From Candidatus Omnitrophota bacterium (lineage in GTDB: Bacteria; Omnitrophota; Gorgyraeia; B26-G9), in the NCBI GenBank assembly GCA_018817165.1, contig JAHITY010000101.1, positions 278-64,277 of the forward strand: a stretch of 64,000 nt of DNA, written 5' to 3'. Numbering within the stretch: the first letter of the stretch is position 1; every line of letters begins with the position of its first letter. Below the pieces are notes generated by a model. It was not told the DNA's origin. It saw nothing but the letters and a program-made list of their open reading frames with translations, and did not search any database. Positions 46,910-56,061 of the stretch are shown piece by piece. Made by a program: the position numbers and the translations under genes.

Positions 46910-48226
46910 ATGAAGAGAATGTTAACAATTGTTTTAGCAATAAGCATGATTGCGCTTGTAGCAATGCCTGCTTTTGCTGAAGTACAGAATATCAAAGTAA
47001 GTGGTGGAATTACAATCAGAGGTTTTCTAAGAGATAATTATGGAACATTAGGTTCCAATGGTGGAATTTCTTTCACAGATCAAAATGCTGCTATTGTTGG
47101 TACTCAGGAATTTGGTGCTGGAAGTAGAGATTGGTACAATACAACCACTACTCTGGGTGTTGCGGCTGATTTAACAGACAATGTATCAGCAACAATGGTA
47201 TTAGGAAACGAAAGAGATTGGGCTGATAATAGTGGCACAAGTACTCAGGGGATTAATCTTTATTCTGGATATATCACAATGCAGGAAATGCTGTATTCAG
47301 CTTTAACTGTTAAAGCTGGTAGAATGCCTATGGTTATTGCTGATGGCCTAATTATTGGTGATGGCACAACCGGCGAAACTCTTCTGGGATCAGATTATTC
47401 TGCACAGACAGAGTTTGACGCGATTGCTGGTATTTTAGATTATGATCCTTTAACAGTGATCATGGGAACAGCTAAAGTAAGAGATACCGCTCAAACAAGC
47501 AATGGAGATGTGGATCTTTATATGTTGGATGCGATCTACAAGTTCGAAGATGATAAAAACACTGTGTTAGATGCTTATTTTGCCACAGCGCATTATAGTT
47601 CAGCTGATGCTTTCACTGGTCTTTTATCTAACAGCGCGACATCAATGGATGTAAATATACTTGCAGCATGCTTGACAATGACACCAGTAGAAGCTTTATC
47701 AGCTAAATTAGGCTTGGCTTATCAGTTTGGTGATTATACATCTAGCCGTGATCTTGCGGCAATGGCATATGATCTTGGTTTAAATTATGCGATTGATAAT
47801 GAATATGCACCAGTAGTTGGTTTGAAATATGTATATCGTTCAGGTGATGATAAGGCAACCGGAACTAATGCTGATTATACCGGATGGCAAGCACTTTTTG
47901 AAAATCAGTTGAATGGCGCGATTTATGATCCAAATACAAATATCAGCGCGATTGCTTTAACCGCAACTGTAGTACCTGCTGACAGATTGACTGTTGGGAT
48001 TGAGTATTGGATGTATACATTAGCAGAATCTTTGAATGCTGTAGCTAATCAGTATTCAACAAGTGATGATGCTGGTCAAGAGCTTGATCTTAATGCAACT
48101 TATGCTTATACCGAAGATGTTAGTATCGGTCTAAGCCTTGCTTGGTTCTTTCCTGGGGATCTTTATGTAGCAGGAAATGATGAAACAGCTATGCAGGCAT
48201 TATTAGAATTAGGCGTAAAGTTCTAA
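46910..48226 (+). CDS. Outer-membrane beta-barrel protein (alginate-export-like porin)
   Basis: Signal AFA|EV, alternating beta pattern, GQELDL, C-terminal Phe; strong SD AAGGAGG. Confidence 0.8.
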   Translation: MKRMLTIVLAISMIALVAMPAFAEVQNIKVSGGITIRGFLRDNYGTLGSNGGISFTDQNAAIVGTQEFGAGSRDWYNTTTTLGVAADLTDNVSATMVLGNERDWADNSGTSTQGINLYSGYITMQEMLYSALTVKAGRMPMVIADGLIIGDGTTGETLLGSDYSAQTEFDAIAGILDYDPLTVIMGTAKVRDTAQTSNGDVDLYMLDAIYKFEDDKNTVLDAYFATAHYSSADAFTGLLSNSATSMDVNILAACLTMTPVEALSAKLGLAYQFGDYTSSRDLAAMAYDLGLNYAIDNEYAPVVGLKYVYRSGDDKATGTNADYTGWQALFENQLNGAIYDPNTNISAIALTATVVPADRLTVGIEYWMYTLAESLNAVANQYSTSDDAGQELDLNATYAYTEDVSIGLSLAWFFPGDLYVAGNDETAMQALLELGVKF

Positions 48227-48240
48227 ATTAAACGAATACA

Positions 48241-48274
48241 AAACCCCCGCTTCTTTGGAAGCGGGGGTTTTTTT
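48241..48274 (+). terminator. Strong intrinsic terminator
   Basis: AAACCCCCGCTTC-TTTG-GAAGCGGGGGTTT followed by TTTT. Confidence 0.92.
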
Positions 48275-48377
48275 ATAAGAATATTTCATCGTATTATAAA
48301 ATTTAATTTTTTTCAGTTTTTAATTATCTTGCCGGCATTTTTTCAGTTAAATTATTCGAATATTCGGAATTTTATGC

Positions 48378-48406
48378 TTGACACTATCGACGTTTTTGAG
48401 TAATAT
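48378..48406 (+). promoter_or_regulatory. Putative sigma70 promoter of the che operon
   Basis: TTGACA-N17-TAATAT. Confidence 0.6.
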
Positions 48407-48466
48407 GAATAATATCGCAACTTATGATTTAGCAGTTTGTTCAGTAAAAAATAATGGGGGGGGTAA

Positions 48467-50176
48467 ATGTTTAAATTTTTGCCGAAAAATCTAGAGTTTA
48501 AAATAATTTTTTCTGTGGGGATTGCTTTATTTGTTGTTTTGGGGTTAAGTGCAATAATAAATATTACATCACAGACTCGAGTTTTGATTGATCAGGAAAA
48601 GATGCTTGCCGGGGCATTGAGTAATAGTATTCTTAATGGTATTTCTTATCCCATGCTTGCGGGCGATCAAGATGTTGTCCAGACTATCTTTAATTATTTT
48701 GTTGCTGAAAAACAAATAGATTTGCTTTTTTTAGCTAATAATGATGGGGAAATTAAGCGGTGCACTTCCAAGGAAAGGATTGGTCAAAAGATTGATTTCC
48801 TGGGGATTGTCAGCGAAATTGAATCTGATGATAAAACTCATAAGTTGCAAAAACTTAAAGCAAGTGATAAAAATCAAAATAAGAGAGTTTTTGCCACATA
48901 TATCCCTGTTTATAATGAGTTGGCCTGTAATTCTTGCCATGGTAAAAATGCAAAAGTTTTAGGACTGCTGGGTGTTGAGCTAGAGTGGGATAATGCAAGA
49001 AAAGCTACTGCTGAGACTGTAAAAAGAGGGATACTAATCGCATTGTTAAGTATTTTTTTAATCAGTGTTTTAGTTACTATTTTGCTGAGAAAGCTAGTTA
49101 TCAAGCCAATTAATATTTTAGTAAAAGCCAGTGAGCCTGCTGTAAGAGGTGATTTAACTCAAACAATAGAAAATAATTCTGAAGATGAAATAGGTACACT
49201 TACAGTGGCTTATAATGCAATTATTAAAAATATGCATGATATGGTAAGCCGAATTAAAGAGCTAGCATCAAAAGTTTCTAGTTTTGCCCAAGAGATTTCG
49301 ACTTCTTCTAAAGAGATGAATGCTTCTACACAGGAAATTTCTTCGACAATCCAAAAAATTGCTAAAGGGGTTACTACTCAGGCAAAACGAGTTGAAGATA
49401 CCTCGAGGCTTATGGAAAGATTATCTGATTCAGTACGTCGGGTTGCTGATAATGCGACTTCCGCGACACAGTCTTCAGAGAAGTCGCTGGAACAGGCGCA
49501 AAGCGGTGGATATGCTACTAATGAAGCTGTAGAAAAAATGAATAAAATAACAACAACCGTTTCTAATGCAGCAGCCGTAATCGCTTCATTAGGTGAAAAA
49601 TCACAGCAAATTGGTCAGATTACTGAAACAATAACAAGTATTGCTGATCAGACAAATCTGCTGGCTTTAAATGCTGCTATTGAGGCAGCGAGAGCCGGAG
49701 ACGCAGGCCGGGGGTTTGCGGTAGTTGCTGAGGAAGTTAGAAAATTAGCTGAGGGATCTGCCGAGGCAGCGCGGAGAATCGGAAGTCTTATAAAGGGAAT
49801 TCAGGTTGAGACACCGAAAGCCGTAAGCTCAATAGAAGCTGGAACAAAAGAAGTTGCTGAAGGGGCTACAATTGTATCTAAGGTTTCAGAAGCTCTTGCG
49901 GAAATTATTGGCGCGGTTAGAACATCCGCGACTATGGTAGAGGAAATTACTAAAGCTACTCAGCAGCAATTAGCTGATTCTGAAAAAATAGTTAAAGCTG
50001 TCGATGAGGTAGCTGTGGTTGCTGAGGAATCAGCCTCTGCTACTGAAGAAGCTTCAAGTTCCGCGGAAGAGCAGACTGCTTCAATGGAAGAGTTGACTGC
50101 GTCTGCTGAGGAATTAGCGCGTCTGGCTTTAGATCTCCAAGGCCTTGTGGATAAATTTCAATTAAAGAAGAAATAA
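48467..50176 (+). CDS. Methyl-accepting chemotaxis protein with periplasmic heme-c motif
   Basis: Two TMs, CNSCH in the sensor domain, [32 protein letters not shown]. Confidence 0.96.
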   Translation: MFKFLPKNLEFKIIFSVGIALFVVLGLSAIINITSQTRVLIDQEKMLAGALSNSILNGISYPMLAGDQDVVQTIFNYFVAEKQIDLLFLANNDGEIKRCTSKERIGQKIDFLGIVSEIESDDKTHKLQKLKASDKNQNKRVFATYIPVYNELACNSCHGKNAKVLGLLGVELEWDNARKATAETVKRGILIALLSIFLISVLVTILLRKLVIKPINILVKASEPAVRGDLTQTIENNSEDEIGTLTVAYNAIIKNMHDMVSRIKELASKVSSFAQEISTSSKEMNASTQEISSTIQKIAKGVTTQAKRVEDTSRLMERLSDSVRRVADNATSATQSSEKSLEQAQSGGYATNEAVEKMNKITTTVSNAAAVIASLGEKSQQIGQITETITSIADQTNLLALNAAIEAARAGDAGRGFAVVAEEVRKLAEGSAEAARRIGSLIKGIQVETPKAVSSIEAGTKEVAEGATIVSKVSEALAEIIGAVRTSATMVEEITKATQQQLADSEKIVKAVDEVAVVAEESASATEEASSSAEEQTASMEELTASAEELARLALDLQGLVDKFQLKKK

Positions 50177-50219
50177 AAAATGATCACTAATTTGTTTATT
50201 AAGTGGGGAGGCATAAGAA

Positions 50220-50723
50220 ATGTCTGAAGCAAAAAAAGGCGGCGGAGAAATTCAGCTTGTTGTATTTAAAATCGGAGAAGAAGAATTTGGAGTAGAAATT
50301 AACCAAGTTCGAGAAATTGTTAAGCTTGTTTCAATTACGCGCATGCCAAAGTCTCCGGCTTTTATTGAAGGAGTTGTTAATTTAAGAGGTCAAATCATTA
50401 CGGTTATTGACTTATCAAAAAGATTAGATTTGCCTTCTGCGGGACGCAGTGAATCTACGAGAATTATGGTTGTCGAGATTGGTGATAATATAGTGGGAAT
50501 GATCGTTGATTCTGTTTCAGAAGTGCTGAGATTATCAGAAAGTAATATAGAAGACACTCCTTCGCTTATAGAAACTGAGGTGCATGAAAGATATTTGCGC
50601 GGTGTGGGTAAAAGCGAAGATAGATTACTGATATTGCTTGATTTGAATGAGGTATTAAGTGTTGACGAAATAAAACATGTAGCAAAGCCAGAAATTTTAA
50701 AAGATGGTACAGAAAAAAAATAG
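50220..50723 (+). CDS. cheW: Chemotaxis adaptor CheW
   Basis: VREI, GVVNLRGQI, GMIVDSV. Confidence 0.95.
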   Translation: MSEAKKGGGEIQLVVFKIGEEEFGVEINQVREIVKLVSITRMPKSPAFIEGVVNLRGQIITVIDLSKRLDLPSAGRSESTRIMVVEIGDNIVGMIVDSVSEVLRLSESNIEDTPSLIETEVHERYLRGVGKSEDRLLILLDLNEVLSVDEIKHVAKPEILKDGTEKK

Positions 50724-50751
50724 AGTAACTGAAAAGGAAGGAGCGTTTTAG

Positions 50752-51126
50752 ATGGGAGTTAAAGTTTTAGTTGTTGACGATGCTGTTTTTATGCGTAAGA
50801 TGATTGGAGATATTCTAAAAAAAGAAGGATATGAGGTTGTGGGTGAAGCAGAGAACGGAAAAGAGGCGGTTGCTAAATATTTAGAGCTTAAACCTGATTT
50901 GGTTACCATGGATATTGTTATGCCGAAAGTCGGAGACATAGATGGAATCGGAGCTGTTAAGGAAATAATGGAAAAAGATGACAAGGCAAAGATTCTGATG
51001 GTAAGTGCTATGGGACAGCATGCTTTAGTTGTTGAGGCGATTCAGGCAGGAGCGAAAGATTTTGTTACTAAGCCTTTTCAGCCTTCACGTGTGCTTGAAG
51101 CAGCAAAGCGTGTGCTTGAAAGCTAA
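50752..51126 (+). CDS. cheY: Chemotaxis response regulator CheY
   Basis: VVDD, MDIVMP, SAMGQ, KPF. Confidence 0.93.
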   Translation: MGVKVLVVDDAVFMRKMIGDILKKEGYEVVGEAENGKEAVAKYLELKPDLVTMDIVMPKVGDIDGIGAVKEIMEKDDKAKILMVSAMGQHALVVEAIQAGAKDFVTKPFQPSRVLEAAKRVLES

Positions 51127-51188
51127 TCACTTAAAACACCACTAATTTTTCTTAAATAATTAAATTAATTAAGTAGGGTGTTTATAAA

Positions 51189-51815
51189 TTGCTAAATAAA
51201 AAGATAGTCTTAGACGCTCATGAGAAAGATCTTCTCAAGGAAATAGCTAATATCTGTGCTGGAAACGCAGCAACCTCACTTTCTCAGTTATTGAGCAAAA
51301 AAATAGAAATGAACGTGCCGAATGTTCATTTTATACCAATATCTGAAGTTCCAAAAGCTGTAGGCGGAGCTGAGACATTGGTTGTAAGTATTGTGTTTCA
51401 AGTCTTTGGTGATGCTCCGGGAATTATTTTATTGTTGTTTTCACAGTCTGATGCAAGAACCTTAGCAGGAATTCTTAATGGGGAAGCAGTTAAAAATGGA
51501 GTTTTAACTGAGATGGATCAATCAGCTCTTAAGGAGGCTGGGAGTATCCTGGCGGCTGCTTATCTAAATACTCTTTCTGCTGTGACTAAAATAGCGCTTA
51601 TCCCCTCTACCCCTGGTATTTTGATTGATATGGCTGGGGCTCTTATTGATTACATATTAATCGAACTGAGTACTGTTACAGAATATGCATTATTGCTTGA
51701 TTCAGTATTTATTGATGCTGGAAAAAGTGTCCAAGGTCATTTCTTTTTATTGCCAAATTCAGGAAGCTTGGAATTAATTTTAAAAGCTATTGGAGAATCA
51801 GTTAATGGATCCTAA
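51189..51815 (+). CDS. cheC: CheY-P phosphatase CheC
   Basis: DLLKEIANI.AG.AAT.LS and SALKEAGSI repeats. Confidence 0.9.
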   Translation: MLNKKIVLDAHEKDLLKEIANICAGNAATSLSQLLSKKIEMNVPNVHFIPISEVPKAVGGAETLVVSIVFQVFGDAPGIILLLFSQSDARTLAGILNGEAVKNGVLTEMDQSALKEAGSILAAAYLNTLSAVTKIALIPSTPGILIDMAGALIDYILIELSTVTEYALLLDSVFIDAGKSVQGHFFLLPNSGSLELILKAIGESVNGS

Positions 51816-52311
51816 GGAATATAATCCAGCCGAAGAAATTCATGTTGGTATGGCGGATATGAAAGTTGCTCAAGCTCCGATTGTGCTTACTTCTTTGGGG
51901 CTAGGTTCTTGTGTGGGGATAATTTTATATTATCCCAGAACCCAAATTGGCGGGCTTGCGCATATAATGCTTCCGGATGTTGCTTTAGTTAAGAACAGAA
52001 CTAATCGCGCAAAATTCGCGAATACAGCTATTCCAGATTTATTGGAAAAATTAGAGAAAATGGGCGCAGAAAGAAGATTTGTAAAGGCAAAAATTATGGG
52101 CGGTGCGCATATGTTTGGTTTTGCTAAAACTAATAAAGTTTTTAATGTGGGTGTTAGGAATGTTGAAAAAGTGAAAGAGGTTCTTAAAGACTTGAAAATT
52201 AGATTAGTTGCTGAAGATGTAGGGGGCTCATACGGAAGGTCTTTATATTTTTATCTTTCTACAGGTGAAGTTCGCGTCAGAACTATAAATCATGGAGAAA
52301 GAATAATATGA
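51805..52311 (+). CDS. cheD: Chemoreceptor glutamine deamidase CheD
   Basis: GLGSCVG, HIMLP, GGA.MF, EDVGG..GR. Confidence 0.94.
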   Translation: MDPKEYNPAEEIHVGMADMKVAQAPIVLTSLGLGSCVGIILYYPRTQIGGLAHIMLPDVALVKNRTNRAKFANTAIPDLLEKLEKMGAERRFVKAKIMGGAHMFGFAKTNKVFNVGVRNVEKVKEVLKDLKIRLVAEDVGGSYGRSLYFYLSTGEVRVRTINHGERII

Positions 52312-53348
52312 TCAGAGTTCTAGTTGTTGATGATTCAGCATTAATGCGTAGAAAAATAACAGATATATTAGCATCCGATAGCCAAATTGAGGTTATTGAT
52401 ATTGCTAAAACAGGTAATGACGCGATTAAAAAAGTTGTTCACTTAAAACCAGATGTTGTTATCATGGATATTGTTATGCCTGATATCGATGGATTAACCG
52501 CGCTTACATATATAATGAATGAAGTGCCAACTCCAGTTGTAATTATTAGCGCAAATGTTGCTCCGGGAAGCGTTAATGCTTTAAAAGCGGTTGAATTAGG
52601 GGCAGTTGATACTATTCTTAAACCGAGTGGTGAAATTTCAGTGGATATCGAAACTCTTAGTAAAGAAATTATTACTAAGGTTAAAGCAGCAAGTCGGGTA
52701 GATGTAAACAGAGTGCAGAATTTTTTAAATAGAATATCACAGTATTCCAAAGCGTCCGCGCAAAAAAATTCACATTTAAGGCATATTGTCGCGATTGGCG
52801 CTTCAACTGGCGGTCCGAAAGCAATAAAAGAAATTCTGCCTTATTTATCTCCAGAAGCAGAAGCGGCTTTTTTAATTGTACAGCATATGCCAGCGGCTTT
52901 TACTAAATCAATGGCGCAGCGAATGGATTGTATTTCCCAAATTAAAGTAAAGGAAGCAGAGGATGGAGATATCGTAGAACAGGGAGTAGCCTATGTGGCT
53001 CCCGGAGATTTTCATATGGCGGTTTCGATGGAAAATAATATCCCTACGATCAGACTTAACTCTGATCCTAAAGTTCATAGTGTTAGACCCTCAGTAAGTG
53101 TTATGATGAACTCAGTAGCTGAGTGCTTTGGGAATAAAACTTTGGGAGTTTTGCTTACGGGCATGGGGCAAGATGGAGTAGAAGGTATGAGAAACATTAA
53201 AAAAGTGGGCGGTTTTACTTTAGCAGAAGATGAGTCTACTTGTGTTGTTTTTGGAATGCCGCGGGTTGCTATTCAAGAGGGCGTTGTTGACAAAGTTATT
53301 CCTCTGGGATATATGGGTATTGAAATAATGAAACACATCAGCAGATAA
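52308..53348 (+). CDS. cheB: Chemotaxis methylesterase CheB (REC-CheB)
   Basis: GASTGG, QHM, LTGMGQDG. Confidence 0.96.
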   Translation: MIRVLVVDDSALMRRKITDILASDSQIEVIDIAKTGNDAIKKVVHLKPDVVIMDIVMPDIDGLTALTYIMNEVPTPVVIISANVAPGSVNALKAVELGAVDTILKPSGEISVDIETLSKEIITKVKAASRVDVNRVQNFLNRISQYSKASAQKNSHLRHIVAIGASTGGPKAIKEILPYLSPEAEAAFLIVQHMPAAFTKSMAQRMDCISQIKVKEAEDGDIVEQGVAYVAPGDFHMAVSMENNIPTIRLNSDPKVHSVRPSVSVMMNSVAECFGNKTLGVLLTGMGQDGVEGMRNIKKVGGFTLAEDESTCVVFGMPRVAIQEGVVDKVIPLGYMGIEIMKHISR

Positions 53349-53363
53349 AAAGGATTTTATTTT

Positions 53364-55376
53364 ATGGGAGTAGAGCAATATAAGGAGTTATTTGTCGCGG
53401 AATCTGAAGAACATCTGCAGATTATTAATAATTCCGTGCTGAGCCTTGAAAAAGACCCAGCAAATTTAACTATTTTAAATGAAATTTTCCGCTGCGCTCA
53501 TACCTTAAAAGGTATGTCAGCAACAATGGGATTTGAATCGTTAACGCGGCTTACCCATAAAATGGAAGATGTTTTGGATATCTTTCGCAGTCAAAAAATT
53601 CCAGTTACCTCCGAAGTAGTAGATAAGCTTTTTAGCTGCCTAGATATTCTTCAAATGTTGCTTGAGGAAATTAAAACAGGAGAAGACCTTAATTTAGATA
53701 TAGAGTCGATAATTCTGCAGCTGCAAAGCGTTACTCCTAATATTTCCTCAGCAGAGTTAGACCAAAAAATAGATGAAAAAAAAGAGCTTTTAATAACAGC
53801 ACTTGAAAAAGAACACCTTTTAAATGTTATGAAAGATAAAGACACGAGGATTTATAAAATCAATATTTCCCTTAGCCACGATTGTCAATTAAAATCTGTT
53901 CGGGCTTTTATGGTTTTTAATAAATTGAATTCAATCGGAGAAATAATTAAATCCGTACCTTCAAGCGAAGAATTAGAGTCAAACCATTTTGGCTTATCTT
54001 TTTGTTTGCTGTTGATGACGAATAGTTTGGCTAAAAAGATAGAACAAATATTATCCAAAGTAATGGAAGTTGAAAAAGCTGTTGTAACTCAAATAAGAGA
54101 TATTAATCTTATCCCGCTGGAAAAAATAAAAGAAATAAAAGTTAAAGATACTGTTCAAACAGGTTCTGCTGATATTGACTCAGCTCAGCAAAAAGATTTA
54201 GCTAAGCAATTTGGCTTTAAAAAAATTCAAAGTATCAGAGTCAGTACTCAGCGCTTGGATAAATTGATGAATTTTGTGGGAGAATTAGTTATTTCTAAAA
54301 TCCGTCTGATGCAGATAGCACAGACACATCAATTGCAGCCTTTAAATGAAATATTAACCAATATTGACCGTTTGACTGGTGATTTGCAGGATGAAGTTAT
54401 GCAGGCCAGACTTATTCCCATGGCTCAGGTATTTGACCGTTTTCCGCGGATGGTAAGGGATTTAGCGAGAAGTGAGAAAAAACAAATAAACTTTGATATT
54501 TCCGGAGGAGAAATAGAACTGGATAGAACAGTTCTTGATGAAATAGCCGATCCTTTGGTTCATCTTCTACGCAATAGCGTTGATCATGGGATAGAATTGC
54601 CTAGTGTGCGTAAAGAAAACAATAAAAACCCAGTAGGGACTATAAAATTAAGCGCGTATAGAGAAAGGACTTTTGTTTTAATTGAAGTCTCTGATGATGG
54701 AAAAGGTATAGATCCAGCCACTATGCGTGAAGTTGCTGTAAAAAAAGGATTTATGACTGAAGAGGAATTGGCAAAACTCAGTGACAGAGATATCTTGAAC
54801 CTGATAACAATGCCTGGTTTTAGTTCAACTTCAGAAATAACCGATACTTCCGGCCGTGGTGTGGGAATGGATGTTGTAAAAATGAAGATTGAGTCTCTGG
54901 GCGGTAGTTTAGTATTTGACTCTGTAGCGGGAAAAGGCAGTAATTTTAAACTAAAACTACCGTTGACAGTCGCTATAATAAGGGCAATGTTGGTGGAAAT
55001 AAACAAAGAAATATACGCGACTCCCATAGCGAGTATTGTAGAAACAGTAAAGGTTTCTAAAAAAAGAATCAAGCATATAGAAAAATTCGAAGTAATTAAT
55101 TTGCGGGATGAAGTACTTCCGCTTTTAAGATTAGAAAAGATCTTAGGTGTGCCTATTCGGGAAGCAGAAAGTTCTAGTGAAGACATTTCCATAGTAGTTG
55201 TGGATAATGCCGGGAAAAAGGCAGGATTAGTTGTGGATCGGGTGGTGGGGCAGCAAGAGGTTGTAATTAAAACGGTGGGGTCTTTATTAAAAGGAATAAA
55301 AGGATTCTCGGGGGCAACAATTTTAGGCGATGGCAGTGTGGCTTTAATTCTGGATGTTGCTACATTAGTCGGCTAG
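53364..55376 (+). CDS. cheA: Chemotaxis histidine kinase CheA
   Basis: HTLKG Hpt, P2, HLLRNSVDHG, GRGVGMDVV, CheW-like domain. Confidence 0.97.
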   Translation: MGVEQYKELFVAESEEHLQIINNSVLSLEKDPANLTILNEIFRCAHTLKGMSATMGFESLTRLTHKMEDVLDIFRSQKIPVTSEVVDKLFSCLDILQMLLEEIKTGEDLNLDIESIILQLQSVTPNISSAELDQKIDEKKELLITALEKEHLLNVMKDKDTRIYKINISLSHDCQLKSVRAFMVFNKLNSIGEIIKSVPSSEELESNHFGLSFCLLLMTNSLAKKIEQILSKVMEVEKAVVTQIRDINLIPLEKIKEIKVKDTVQTGSADIDSAQQKDLAKQFGFKKIQSIRVSTQRLDKLMNFVGELVISKIRLMQIAQTHQLQPLNEILTNIDRLTGDLQDEVMQARLIPMAQVFDRFPRMVRDLARSEKKQINFDISGGEIELDRTVLDEIADPLVHLLRNSVDHGIELPSVRKENNKNPVGTIKLSAYRERTFVLIEVSDDGKGIDPATMREVAVKKGFMTEEELAKLSDRDILNLITMPGFSSTSEITDTSGRGVGMDVVKMKIESLGGSLVFDSVAGKGSNFKLKLPLTVAIIRAMLVEINKEIYATPIASIVETVKVSKKRIKHIEKFEVINLRDEVLPLLRLEKILGVPIREAESSSEDISIVVVDNAGKKAGLVVDRVVGQQEVVIKTVGSLLKGIKGFSGATILGDGSVALILDVATLVG

Positions 55377-55453
55377 ATTATAATATGCTGTATTTTTACT
55401 AGATCAAATCGGAAATTAAAAACCTGATTTATGTCTTATTGGGAGGATTTAAA

Positions 55454-56053
55454 ATGGCTGAGTTAACAAGCGTTCAACTCGATGCTTTAAAAGAGATGGG
55501 TAATATTGGAGCGGGGAACGCGGCAACTTCGCTTGCTCAGTTAATTGGTGAAATAGTTAACATTAGTGTTCCGGAAGTAAAAGTACTTCCGATTGAATCT
55601 GTTGCTGAAGCTCTGGGAGGAGCGGAAAAACAGGTTTATATTATTTATTTAGAAGTTGAGAAAGAGATGCAGGGAACAATGTTGACTATTTTTTCACAGG
55701 AGACAGCTTTTTTCTTTGTTAAAAAACTATTGGGTTCTAGTGAGATTGATATGACATCGGATATTGCTCAATCAGCGTTAAAAGAAGTTGGATCAATTCT
55801 CTGCGGATCTTATTTAAGCGCGCTTAGTCAGCTGGTTAATATGAGTTCGGTCGCAACGGTCCCGGCAATGGCTTTTGATATGTTGGGGGCGATGCTTAAT
55901 TTTGTTTTGGTGGAGATTGGGCAAATAGCGGATGAAGTTTTTTTAGTGGACACTGAGTTGGCTGTATCGCAAAAAAAACTGGAATGTTCTCAGCTTTTTT
56001 TACCCAAACCAGATACTTTAGAAAAAATACTGACTTCAATAGGAATGATGTGA
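55454..56053 (+). CDS. cheC: Second CheC phosphatase
   Basis: DALKEMGNIGAGNAAT, SALKEVGSI. Confidence 0.9.
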   Translation: MAELTSVQLDALKEMGNIGAGNAATSLAQLIGEIVNISVPEVKVLPIESVAEALGGAEKQVYIIYLEVEKEMQGTMLTIFSQETAFFFVKKLLGSSEIDMTSDIAQSALKEVGSILCGSYLSALSQLVNMSSVATVPAMAFDMLGAMLNFVLVEIGQIADEVFLVDTELAVSQKKLECSQLFLPKPDTLEKILTSIGMM

Positions 56054-56061
56054 GGGAGAGT

